Shown here piece by piece: positions 24,736-34,379 of a stretch of DNA of 42,310 nt (position 1 is its first letter; each line of letters begins with the position of its first letter). Made by a program: the position numbers and the translations under genes. The notes beneath the pieces were generated by a model. The model ran no database searches. It saw only the letters and a program-made list of their open reading frames with translations, and had not been told where the DNA came from. Origin of the DNA: a virus (Duplodnaviria > Caudoviricetes); the IMG/VR virus record IMGVR_UViG_3300033076_000983, positions 1 to 42,310 of that record; one strand, 5' to 3'.

Positions 24736-26558
24736 GACGATGTGTACTCCAAAAGAATACCAACAAGCTCGGCGTCACCTGTTCCTGTATCAGAGATATT
24801 TGACGCATCACGATCAATCTTAAACTGCACAAAGTCGCCTGCTGCAACAGAATCTGCATTGGTTTGTGTAATTGTCAGAGAGCGAACATATCCCGCAGTT
24901 TGATTATTAGCCAGTGTTTCTGTCCCAGAATTTGCGCTTGCGTAACCGCTTGAATTTACATCCTCGGCATCGCCTTCCGTGTCTTTCATGACGTATGTTC
25001 GCCAAATTACTGCAAGTGTTCCTACCTGCGTGGAATTCATGGTAAAAAGTAAACGCGCAGTAAGTGCCGAACCATAATCCTGAGGCACTACAAATTGCCA
25101 TTGAGCCGATTGGCTTGTAGATGCATCAAACAGCAAACGCCAATTTTGCTCTGATGCGTCGATTCGTGCAGGATTTGATGTCGGTAATTTTGCTGCTTCC
25201 ACTGGAAGAACAATCCAACGCTTTGACTTATTTGTGATCTGTGTTTGAATTGCAGAAGTAACACCAGACAAGTATCCGAGTTCAGTATCCGTCGTTGCAG
25301 ACGAAACTAAATTTTTTGAAGAATCCGTTGCTACGGCACGACTAGCAGTAAGTCCCGCAATATTCAAGTTTCCAGATGAATCCCAACCACCACGCAAAAT
25401 GTTGTTTGTATAGAAATTTACCCCGAGATTTTCTTTTTGACGTATTTCACCTATCCCTGTGGTAGATATTCCGACTTGAAAACCATCCGAACTTGCTGTT
25501 CCAGTGGATGAATTAGTGACCTGCATATAAGTCGCTGTAGCCGTGCTGTAGTTTAAGTGCAGTTGACTCTGCGCAGTAATCCCTGAATTAGATACCAATA
25601 GCCTTGTTGACGACGGATTCCAGGTAAAATTTGATGCTCCGGTGATATAGCCACCTGACGAACCATACCCAATATAATTTTGCGCCATTGTTGATGGATA
25701 AACATATCCAGAAATCGAATTTGTCGCAGTGATCATTTCCGCATATACGTTGGCATTAATCGTTCGTATTGTAGAGTCGTCACTCTCAAATCGTAGCGCT
25801 CCGCTTCCGAACCCACCATTATATTTCCAACGAAGTCTTAAATGATTTGATCCAGACAGACCCATCGTAAGAGCATTGAAATCTGTAGTGCCCCAATCTT
25901 CTGTATTGTTAATCCAGATTGGTTTACCAGGTATTATGATAGAGCTTGGTGATAGAGTTGGTAAACCACCTGTATTCCAACCGGTAGATCCGTTTATCTG
26001 CGCTGAAGTAACATCACCGACATCTAAATAGTACCCTGTATTAGAGTCATAAATTATGTAGCCATTGGCATCCGTCCCCGAAGACCATGAAAGATCAATG
26101 TTGTATAGATTGCTGTCGTTTGGATCGCTTGAACTGACATAACTTCCGATGCTGTCATAGGCATAATTCGACCCATCGTAGTAGTACGAGTAGATGTAAT
26201 AGTTGTAGACAGTTCCGTTAGCAAATAACCCGCCAGGGTCAGCGTTAAAATTAATCGACGAACTCCCGGGGGCTACGGGGGATTTAGTTACATCGGCTTC
26301 ATCTGCGACAATAGTCCCCATAATTGTTATGTCACTGCCCGACACAATTGAATTCGTAACACCGCCGAAATTTCCAGAGTTGTTGTATTGAAGTTCGCCC
26401 GAGGATCCCCCCGGGGTTCCACCACTAGGCGGTGGAGGATTATTTGGGGTATATACTTCTAGTGCAGTATCGGTAGGGTATCTTTTTGCGTACTCCTTGA
26501 CTGCAAAAACTGGAGTTGTTACCAACAGCGCTAAAGCAAAGCACAGTAATTTCTTCAT
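24732..26558 (-). CDS. Tail-fibre/spike-like protein with signal peptide
   Basis: MKKLLCFALALLVTTPVFA|; fibre-type motifs PGGSSGELQYNNSGNFGG and LTASRAVATDSSKNLVSS...ELGYLSGVTSAIQTQI; beta-rich C-terminal domain. Confidence 0.7.
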   Translation of the reverse strand: MKKLLCFALALLVTTPVFAVKEYAKRYPTDTALEVYTPNNPPPPSGGTPGGSSGELQYNNSGNFGGVTNSIVSGSDITIMGTIVADEADVTKSPVAPGSSSINFNADPGGLFANGTVYNYYIYSYYYDGSNYAYDSIGSYVSSSDPNDSNLYNIDLSWSSGTDANGYIIYDSNTGYYLDVGDVTSAQINGSTGWNTGGLPTLSPSSIIIPGKPIWINNTEDWGTTDFNALTMGLSGSNHLRLRWKYNGGFGSGALRFESDDSTIRTINANVYAEMITATNSISGYVYPSTMAQNYIGYGSSGGYITGASNFTWNPSSTRLLVSNSGITAQSQLHLNYSTATATYMQVTNSSTGTASSDGFQVGISTTGIGEIRQKENLGVNFYTNNILRGGWDSSGNLNIAGLTASRAVATDSSKNLVSSATTDTELGYLSGVTSAIQTQITNKSKRWIVLPVEAAKLPTSNPARIDASEQNWRLLFDASTSQSAQWQFVVPQDYGSALTARLLFTMNSTQVGTLAVIWRTYVMKDTEGDAEDVNSSGYASANSGTETLANNQTAGYVRSLTITQTNADSVAAGDFVQFKIDRDASNISDTGTGDAELVGILLEYTSS

Positions 26559-26851
26559 TGTAGGTGTGATAAAAAGGTGTTAATCGGGTAAAAAGTTAAC
26601 GCACCCACATAAATTCCGCTACCATTCCACAGGGCTGCGTACACAGTGGCACTTTGCCCTGCTGCGTATTCATACACTATCGCAGATCCCACTATGTGAA
26701 ACCTTTGTACTACCCAAAAACCTTCAGTATTCATATACCCAAAATACTGATAGGTCGAGTCGGTCAAATCCTGATTGGCCGCCTCAAGGATGGTATCTTC
26801 CCTACCTTTTCGGTGCAGAACAAACTGCGTGTCACGAAATTGTAAGCCCAT
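26555..26851 (-). CDS. Hypothetical virion-associated protein
   Basis: 98 aa; YQYFGY...WVVQR pattern; coupled to its neighbours. Confidence 0.6.
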   Translation of the reverse strand: MGLQFRDTQFVLHRKGREDTILEAANQDLTDSTYQYFGYMNTEGFWVVQRFHIVGSAIVYEYAAGQSATVYAALWNGSGIYVGALTFYPINTFLSHLQ

Positions 26852-26852
26852 G

Positions 26853-27311
26853 TTATGCCTTTATGACATCTTCGATTTTAAGCCCGAGCTGTTTACTGAT
26901 TTTTTGCTTAATGTCAGATTCAAGAGTAGCAGCCTTATCCTTCAAGCGCTTTGCCTCTATCGTATTTGCTTCATACGCTTGGTGATTCTTAGCAGCTTCA
27001 TCTCGAATTTTAGCTTCCGCTTTACTCTTGGCGTCGTTAAAAGCACTTTCTTTTGCGTCTAATTCTTTTGTACGTGCTTCTACTTGTTTTTCTCTGGCAA
27101 GAATATTTTCGACTTTAGCTACCGCGGCTTCTCGAATACCGAGCGAGTGTTCACGTTTACCAAGGTCGATATTATCTGCTTCCACTTTCTCACGCAATTT
27201 TTCGCAATTGGTTAGCTTGTTCTGTAGCGTTTGTTGGAGGGTGTTGTTTTCGTTAACCAACTCCATTAAACGCTGATATGCTTTTTGAAACTGTTCGATT
27301 AACTTTTCCAT
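26853..27311 (-). CDS. Coiled-coil protein
   Basis: Start re-called at ATG 27311 (AAGGAG RBS); heptad-rich K/E/A sequence. Confidence 0.7.
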   Translation of the reverse strand: MEKLIEQFQKAYQRLMELVNENNTLQQTLQNKLTNCEKLREKVEADNIDLGKREHSLGIREAAVAKVENILAREKQVEARTKELDAKESAFNDAKSKAEAKIRDEAAKNHQAYEANTIEAKRLKDKAATLESDIKQKISKQLGLKIEDVIKA

Positions 27312-27327
27312 TGTTGTCTCCTTGAGA

Positions 27328-27693
27328 TTAAGATTGCGCTCGATAAAAGTAGTGAACTTTGTCGCCGTTGGTTGCAGCATCGGCATAATAGTTTGCCAAA
27401 TCTCCGCTAACGTACTCTTGTGTCGGACTAAGTGTTAAGCATGCTCCTGCAGCAAGACTTGCTCCCTGCCGAGTGGCTACTGCACCCACTACGGCAGATC
27501 CGCCGATAGTGATGATGCCTGTGTTCCCACTATTCGCGCAAATAATAGCATCATAAAAGGGCGTGGAAGTAGCAGCTAACGCAACCGCAGTTCCTGCAGT
27601 TGTTACTGTCACTTTACCACTGTAAGGTTTTACAGCAGCAAACGCATTTGTCGCGATCAAAAACGAAACTAAGATGGAAATTATTTTTTTCAT
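27328..27693 (-). CDS. Small beta-sandwich virion-type protein with signal peptide
   Basis: MKKIISILVSFLIATNAFA|; GKVTVTTAGTAVAL, ANSGNTGIITIGG; AAGGAG RBS. Confidence 0.7.
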   Translation of the reverse strand: MKKIISILVSFLIATNAFAAVKPYSGKVTVTTAGTAVALAATSTPFYDAIICANSGNTGIITIGGSAVVGAVATRQGASLAAGACLTLSPTQEYVSGDLANYYADAATNGDKVHYFYRAQS

Positions 27694-27701
27694 ATGGCTC
27701 C

Positions 27702-29930
27702 TTAAAGAATAGCCGGTTGTAAAGCTGCTTGGTATGTGGCCGCAGTACCTATACCAAGTTGTCCATTTGTATTATACCCACACATAAAGACTTGCCCTGT
27801 GTTTGTTAGAACCATTAAATTACAGGTATTTGAGTACCCCGAAACAGATATGTCGGAAACGATTCCTGCAGGAACCCCAAGAACGGCAGCGAAAGAAGTT
27901 GTGCTAACAATCCCCCCATTCCCTAATTGCGCATTAACACCATACCCACAGGAATAGATCGTTCCATCACTTTTTAAAAGATATGCCGTGTGGTATGAAG
28001 CTCCGCCACCAAACACACCTTTAGTTATCCCCGATAACCCCGGATTATACGCAGACGTTCGAGCTGTAGTTGTTCCATCTCCACATTCTCCGTACCCGTT
28101 ATACCCCCATGTGCGAACAGTTCCGTCATTTTTAATGGCGATCACACTACCTGCGTAATCCCCCTTAACAACAAGCGACGACACCCCCGTAACAGAGGAT
28201 ATGACTACCGGGATAAGCGAGTCAGTAGTGCTACCATCGCAAAGTTGACCATTGGCGTTATCTCCCGATGCATAAACTGCGCCACCGTCTGTGATAAAGA
28301 AAGAGGTCCCAGTTAAAGTTCCTGCACCCATACAGTAAACTTTAGAGATATTAAGCGCGGATAAAGCAGATATTGCAGTAAAACTGCTACGAGATACTAA
28401 ATCGTTGTGCCCCAGTTGTCCTGCGCCATTAATTCCAGTGGAATACGCTTTGTTGTCTGTTTTAATACCGATAGAAAACCCTGGATCGGGTCCTGCACAT
28501 GCAACATCAAGCCACGATCCTGTGACTTGCGTTGGCGTGAGTACGTTTACAATAGTGCCCACACCAAGTTGACCGGATGTATTTAGCCCCCACGCCCAGA
28601 GTTCATTGTTAGCCTTGAGCGCAAAAATAGAAATGGTAGCCGTTTCACAACGAGGTATTACCAGTTTAGTGACACCCGAAAGAGTACCAATACGTTTAAA
28701 AATAAGTGACGCAGTTGTTGTTCCATCTCCCAATTCCCCTTCTGCATTTGTTCCTGCACCGAACACCCATCCATTCGCGTCGATAATGAAAATATTATTG
28801 TACGTTACATATACTTTCTGAATAGGGTACGTAACTGTAGCGGGAAGTGCCGGATTTCCCGGGATATGGAGATCGTTTGCCGATGTACCAATACCCAGAT
28901 TAGCACTCGCCCCCCATACGCGAACACTTCCATCCTGCATAATGCACGCGGATCCCGCTAAACTGGTAGCAGGAGCCGGTAATGACTTCGCAGTTCTATA
29001 CTTTAGCTGTCCAATGTACGGGGATTTAACTGCTAACTGATTTGAGCCGTTAACTTCTACTGTAACCCCATCGACTTTTGCATCAAGGTAGCCAGGGGTT
29101 GCATCTCCTGAACTAGCTTTAACTTTTGTTAGATCCGTGATGGACGCAAGTAGATTTGTGAAAGTTACTTTCTTTTTTGCGTATAAAGCCGCACTATCTT
29201 CGAGTAAAAAAATATCATTTGCGGCAATAGTTGTTTTAGCCGCTAAATTATTAATGTAAATCGTATATTCAGTCCATACCCCGGCACTAAAACATAAGTA
29301 GAGTTTGGCCGTATCGTACGCAACGTACCCGTCTCCCAAACTGGGTGACGCTGCTTTACCCGCGTCTAGCCCTTTTAGAAAACTACCGTTGTAATTAAGA
29401 ATTGTTTCGGAAATAGCTTGCCACGCAACTTCTGTTGCCGACACGCCTACCAAGTATTTTCCGGCCTCCGGAGTTGGAAAGGTTACTGGATCGGTTGTAG
29501 AAGTCGGAAGCTGAAGGGTGCGCGCAACTTTTCTACTAAGTTGCTGAATAAGCATTACCGCACGATCAAAAACGTTTTCATATACTTTAGCGGGAGTCTT
29601 CTCGTTATCAGATAGTCGAGTTAATTGCGTCTCAGGGAGAATACGTTCTATGTACAGGCTTAACCCTACCGGAAGATTAGTGTAGTTAGAATTAATGATA
29701 GTTACGACACCAGAATTAGGCGCGTCACCATCAAGCGTCAACGTATAATCCACGCCCAACGTGAGAACAAGTTCATCCCCTGCGCTGATCCCCGCAATCG
29801 TTCCCGTTGTTGTATTAATCAAGGTCAATACAAGATCGGTGTCCTCAAAAAAGGCGTACGGAAAAGCAAATACGCTTGAGCTGTTATCCCCTGCATATTC
29901 TACGTAATTAATGACGTCGTTGATGCTCAT
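27702..29930 (-). CDS. Tail fibre: T7 gp17-like N-terminal anchor plus C-terminal RCC1-repeat beta-propeller
   Basis: N-terminal YAGDNSSSVFAFPY...DL, GVDYTL, DRAVMLIQQL; about seven W/xGxNxxGQLGxG repeats. Confidence 0.85.
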   Translation of the reverse strand: MSINDVINYVEYAGDNSSSVFAFPYAFFEDTDLVLTLINTTTGTIAGISAGDELVLTLGVDYTLTLDGDAPNSGVVTIINSNYTNLPVGLSLYIERILPETQLTRLSDNEKTPAKVYENVFDRAVMLIQQLSRKVARTLQLPTSTTDPVTFPTPEAGKYLVGVSATEVAWQAISETILNYNGSFLKGLDAGKAASPSLGDGYVAYDTAKLYLCFSAGVWTEYTIYINNLAAKTTIAANDIFLLEDSAALYAKKKVTFTNLLASITDLTKVKASSGDATPGYLDAKVDGVTVEVNGSNQLAVKSPYIGQLKYRTAKSLPAPATSLAGSACIMQDGSVRVWGASANLGIGTSANDLHIPGNPALPATVTYPIQKVYVTYNNIFIIDANGWVFGAGTNAEGELGDGTTTASLIFKRIGTLSGVTKLVIPRCETATISIFALKANNELWAWGLNTSGQLGVGTIVNVLTPTQVTGSWLDVACAGPDPGFSIGIKTDNKAYSTGINGAGQLGHNDLVSRSSFTAISALSALNISKVYCMGAGTLTGTSFFITDGGAVYASGDNANGQLCDGSTTDSLIPVVISSVTGVSSLVVKGDYAGSVIAIKNDGTVRTWGYNGYGECGDGTTTARTSAYNPGLSGITKGVFGGGASYHTAYLLKSDGTIYSCGYGVNAQLGNGGIVSTTSFAAVLGVPAGIVSDISVSGYSNTCNLMVLTNTGQVFMCGYNTNGQLGIGTAATYQAALQPAIL

Positions 29931-29984
29931 GTTTATCTCCTATAGAAATGATAACTTGACAGAAAATGTTTGGCTACAAAATAC

Positions 29985-32900
29985 TTATAGGGCATCGCCA
30001 TCTCCAAAACCTCCGGAATCAACGCTATCGATGATTGAATTTGCGATGTCTAAAATAGTCATCGCCCCGGGAAGTCCTGCGAACAATCCGGCTCCTGCAA
30101 TCGTTGCTGTAGCTACCCCTTTCATCTTGGTCCCCATCTCCACACCACGGTATGCTCGAGATATACCAGAATCGATAACTTTCTGCGACGCTGCGATCAG
30201 TGGAACCGGATCCGATCCGTACTCGATAGCGTTAAATAGGTTTCCAATGAAAGGGATATTCCCCATTTCCGTGATAAGAAACTGGTACCAATAAGGCTTT
30301 TGTTCTTTTGGCTCGCGCCTAAATAGCGCGTCGAGAACTGTACGAGATCCCGATCTAATCGCGATTTCCATTGCAACTTTAACTCCTAGCAGCCAAAAAG
30401 CAGCTCGAGCTGCGTGCAAAGCATCTCCTTTTTTAAGCCCCTCACCATAAATTTGTTTTACGGCATTAGAAAAGCCAAAAAGATTAAAACTTTGAAACTG
30501 CAATGCTGCTTTGCTTAATGCTCTACTTCCAAATAGATACCCATTCTGCGTTAAAGCTAATGGTTGGTGGATAAAGAAAGATGACCCCTGCGTTTCACGC
30601 ATTATTTTCGTAGCTTTCTTGACCGCTGCTTTATCCACGTTAGTGTAGTCAATCGTCCCTCCGGCCTCTGTAACAGCTCGACCATACGCACCTAACGCAG
30701 TTATCATACGCATCATCCCATCAAGACGTTTTAGCGGTAGCATACCCACTTCCGTCCACCAATCTGTTGATGTCATTTTTTCTAGTGCTGTTTTAGAGTT
30801 TCGTCCCTCACGGCTTCGTATTTCTTCGAAAGCCGGGTCTCCGCCAATTTCTTTAGCAACCTCTGGAAAATTCTGTAAAACAAAAGCGCGTGCGTCTTTG
30901 TTGGCTACTGTTTGTGCTACTCCGTGTAGCGTCCAATGTTCTCCGATGACAGATACTGTAGCAGGTAAAGACGAGAACTGAATTAATGCACTCGACAATC
31001 TTGCGGGGAGCATTGATCTACCTAAATTCCTGCGAAGCTTATCAATATCTCGCGTAAATTTAGTTCCTTCCGCGCCACCTTTTCGGGCAAGAAGATCGAG
31101 CCAATCTAACCATGCTTGAGAAGCAATACCTCCCAACTGTTTCTTGACTTCGGGGCTATTTACAATTTCAAAATAGTTTTTAATTGGTTCGCCCATATTC
31201 AGAAGATACGCGACGTTATCCATATGTCGAGAAAAAATCTGGTCGATGTTGAGCATAATCTTCTGCCCACCGGCACCCGTTCGTTCTTTAGTGCTTTTTG
31301 CTTCGACTGTTTTAGTCCGATGTTTAATTTCGCGATCTAAAAACGCTTTTTCGTCAAGACCGTTTCCAAAACGATCTTGTATACCAAACGCGTCCATCTG
31401 CCTTTCGGGGTCAGAGATAAAAGACACGTAGTTTAAAACATCTCCAACGTCACGATTGTAGACTCGCGCCATATACTCTTTAACTGCGGGATGAACAGAA
31501 TCAAACGTCTTACGAACAAAATCGTAGAACTCTTTTTGCTCGGGTGAAAGATCGATGTCATCTGCCTGTTCTTCGGAAATCCCCAAATTGGCAAGTTTCT
31601 CGTAGCCCCCCTTCTGTTCCCTGGCCGCGTAAACGCCTATTTCTTCCAGTTGAACGCGCGTAAAATTATACTTGCGCATAAGAGCGTCTCGTTCTTTGAA
31701 TACGGCATCATTAAAAGCTAAGTATTCCCCGAAATGGTGATCAAGCACAGATTTCATATCTTCCATACCGGTCATAATTGCAAAAGCATCGATAGGAGTT
31801 AAACCGACTTGCCGTTTGATAATCCCATTAATCATCTCTCGGATCTTACTTCTCGCTTTTTCTGATATAGATTGTTCAGTAAGTGGTTTTCTTGCCCCCA
31901 CTTCTTTCTCGTGTACGAGAGGCTGTGCCGTAGAAAGAACTTCGGTTTTACGTAAGTCTTGCTCTGCTTCTCGTTGAGCTTCCCAGTTTTTAAAATCTGT
32001 TCTACCAAGAGCGTCGATTATGCGGAGTTTACGCGCCATCCCATCTAATTGCGATGCTGTGTACCCCTGGGGGTTGGCTTTAAGATACGCGTAGTATCTA
32101 TCCATAATGCCTTTAGCCATCTTTTTAAAGTTGATTGTTATGGAAGGTGAATTTTCAATTTTTTCCGCCATACTTTCTGCTTCTGCAACCACCGCGTCTC
32201 TGTACACTTTTTCAGCTCTTTCTTCAATTTTTAAAAAAGCAACTCCGACATCACCTTCGTCTTTTGCGTTATTAACTGCGTGAGTAAACTGCCCCCACTC
32301 TGCTTTTGGTAGCATCAACTTCATGTAGTCAATTATTGATTTGCGCGCGTCTTGCCCTGCTTCAAGTTTAGCCATGACGTCAGTACGTGCTTCGTCGTAT
32401 CCCGCTGAAAATCCGGCTTTCGCTCCGCGAGCTTCCGCACGCAATTTCAGTTGCAGAAGAACGCGTTCAGTAAGTGTATGCGCTTTCGATACGTCTATCT
32501 GACCTGTAGCTTTTAAGACATCGCCAACTTTAAGGGGGGCGCCCTGCGCAAGCGCAGCTTTAGCCCCCTGTTCTTGTAACGTTTTGATAGTTTGCAAAAG
32601 TGCGAAGTATTCTTCCGTTTGATCGGTTGCAGAACGGTTTCGCTCTAAATTATGGATAGCCAACTCACGCCATTGTTTATCACTCCGTGGTTTAGCTCCC
32701 GTCACAGGATGTTTGGCTTCATCTGGCAAGCGCGTACGTCGGTATTCCACACCGCCGCCCTGTCCATCCCCCTTGGGGATTTGTATAATTTGTCCACCTT
32801 CCACGCTAGAAAACATATCCTTTAGCGTGTCCGCTTCTTCTTGAATTAAATCTTTCAAGGCTTGTTGAGCGTCAATCAAATCTCGATTTATTTTTTCTAG

Positions 32901-34379
32901 GGGAGTAGCTTCTCCCCCGGTGAACGCTGCCTTAGTCTGCGCTTCTTTAGCGGCTTTTTCTTCTTTAGCTTTGGCGGTTTCCGCAGCTTTTTCTTCTTTA
33001 GCTTTGGCGGTTTCCGCAGCTTTTTTTGCTTTTGCCTGTTCTTTCGCTGAAAGTTTCGCTTTCTTTTCCTCTCCCCGTTTTGCATACGCGGCTTTACCCG
33101 CCTCTGCTTTAGCTGCAGCCTCAGACAACATCTTGCTCTTAGTGTCTTCTACAACGGCTTTAACTTCATCCGGGGACAACGTACGTCCACCTGCGTATTC
33201 TGTAGCTTTTACAACAGCTTCTTCTGCACGTTTTTCTAGTTCCGAATTGAAACTATTTTGAGTTGCTGCGAGTTCTTTACGTAACGCTACACGAGCATCA
33301 AATTCCGCTTGCGCTTTTGCGGTTCTCGCGATATTTACTCCGGCGGATGGCCCGAGCATAAGCAGCATTGGAAGTGCCGATTGAACAACGGCGTTTCCTC
33401 CACTAGTTAGTGCTTTACCGGCGATTTGTCCTACTGTTAGGTTGGTTTTTTCTGCGATGTTAAGCGCAATATCGTTGGCTACCGAAGTAACTATCTCTTG
33501 CAAACCTTCTTCCCCGACCTCTTTAGCCCAGTCGGCCCCGTAACGAAGTGCCATCTTTTGCACCTGCGTCATAACTTTTTTCTTGATTAAACTTCTAGCA
33601 AAAGCGGCCGTTCCGGGGGAGAACTTATCAACTTGAGAGAACTCAATAGCGCCGTAGATAGACCCGGCGATCAATGCCGACGGGCGCGCAATATCATCTG
33701 GAACTTGTTCTTTTCTTAGATCGCGATACATACTGCCCGCGCCTTGCTTCATCCAATACGTCATAGACCCCGCAACATCCCCAAAAACAAAAGCCTCCGG
33801 TATGACAGCTTGTCCCCCCGGAAGTGCCGCTGCTGCCACTGCCATCGCAGCTCCGGTAGTTTTACCTTCGGCAAGCCCTTTTCCAATTGCAGGAAGCATC
33901 CCGGATATTTGATACATTGCGTCAGATAAAAAATTACTCCCCTTTACTGGATTATTCGCTTTCCGCTCATTAAATGCTGCTTCAATTGGGACGATATGTT
34001 CATCGAAGTATTTGGCCCCGCCAGACATCATCGCAGAGAAACTAGCAATATCTAAATTTGAATCGTCGTTGCCTTGTTGAAAAGCCTCGACCATTCCTTT
34101 TCCAAACGGACTTTGTGCAATGGGTGTACCCACAAGAGAACCAATTGTTGATACGGGTGCGGAAAGAAAATCATGAAACTTAACTTCAAGATTATGCTCC
34201 GGAGCAATCTCTAAGGTCGGATCACTACCACGGGCGGAAAGGGTTTTCTCTATTTCTTGTGGTGCAAAAAACTCATCGGGGGACAATACTCGCTTTTCCG
34301 CAAGAGGTGTAGTTTCTGCAGTTTCTGCAAAAAATTCGTCCGGACTTAACACTTGTGCTTTGCTTTCTGGCGTTGTCAC
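29985..34379 (-). CDS. Large internal virion/ejection protein (T7 gp16-like position)
   Basis: 1464 aa, helical; EVGEEGLQE motif; C-terminal QFQSF; last of three ejection-type genes. Confidence 0.75.
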   Translation of the reverse strand: MTTPESKAQVLSPDEFFAETAETTPLAEKRVLSPDEFFAPQEIEKTLSARGSDPTLEIAPEHNLEVKFHDFLSAPVSTIGSLVGTPIAQSPFGKGMVEAFQQGNDDSNLDIASFSAMMSGGAKYFDEHIVPIEAAFNERKANNPVKGSNFLSDAMYQISGMLPAIGKGLAEGKTTGAAMAVAAAALPGGQAVIPEAFVFGDVAGSMTYWMKQGAGSMYRDLRKEQVPDDIARPSALIAGSIYGAIEFSQVDKFSPGTAAFARSLIKKKVMTQVQKMALRYGADWAKEVGEEGLQEIVTSVANDIALNIAEKTNLTVGQIAGKALTSGGNAVVQSALPMLLMLGPSAGVNIARTAKAQAEFDARVALRKELAATQNSFNSELEKRAEEAVVKATEYAGGRTLSPDEVKAVVEDTKSKMLSEAAAKAEAGKAAYAKRGEEKKAKLSAKEQAKAKKAAETAKAKEEKAAETAKAKEEKAAKEAQTKAAFTGGEATPLEKINRDLIDAQQALKDLIQEEADTLKDMFSSVEGGQIIQIPKGDGQGGGVEYRRTRLPDEAKHPVTGAKPRSDKQWRELAIHNLERNRSATDQTEEYFALLQTIKTLQEQGAKAALAQGAPLKVGDVLKATGQIDVSKAHTLTERVLLQLKLRAEARGAKAGFSAGYDEARTDVMAKLEAGQDARKSIIDYMKLMLPKAEWGQFTHAVNNAKDEGDVGVAFLKIEERAEKVYRDAVVAEAESMAEKIENSPSITINFKKMAKGIMDRYYAYLKANPQGYTASQLDGMARKLRIIDALGRTDFKNWEAQREAEQDLRKTEVLSTAQPLVHEKEVGARKPLTEQSISEKARSKIREMINGIIKRQVGLTPIDAFAIMTGMEDMKSVLDHHFGEYLAFNDAVFKERDALMRKYNFTRVQLEEIGVYAAREQKGGYEKLANLGISEEQADDIDLSPEQKEFYDFVRKTFDSVHPAVKEYMARVYNRDVGDVLNYVSFISDPERQMDAFGIQDRFGNGLDEKAFLDREIKHRTKTVEAKSTKERTGAGGQKIMLNIDQIFSRHMDNVAYLLNMGEPIKNYFEIVNSPEVKKQLGGIASQAWLDWLDLLARKGGAEGTKFTRDIDKLRRNLGRSMLPARLSSALIQFSSLPATVSVIGEHWTLHGVAQTVANKDARAFVLQNFPEVAKEIGGDPAFEEIRSREGRNSKTALEKMTSTDWWTEVGMLPLKRLDGMMRMITALGAYGRAVTEAGGTIDYTNVDKAAVKKATKIMRETQGSSFFIHQPLALTQNGYLFGSRALSKAALQFQSFNLFGFSNAVKQIYGEGLKKGDALHAARAAFWLLGVKVAMEIAIRSGSRTVLDALFRREPKEQKPYWYQFLITEMGNIPFIGNLFNAIEYGSDPVPLIAASQKVIDSGISRAYRGVEMGTKMKGVATATIAGAGLFAGLPGAMTILDIANSIIDSVDSGGFGDGDAL
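32953..33025. repeat. 33-bp tandem duplication (KAAETAKAKEE)
   Basis: Exact copies at 32953-32985 and 32986-33018, in frame in the 1464-aa gene. Confidence 0.9.
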
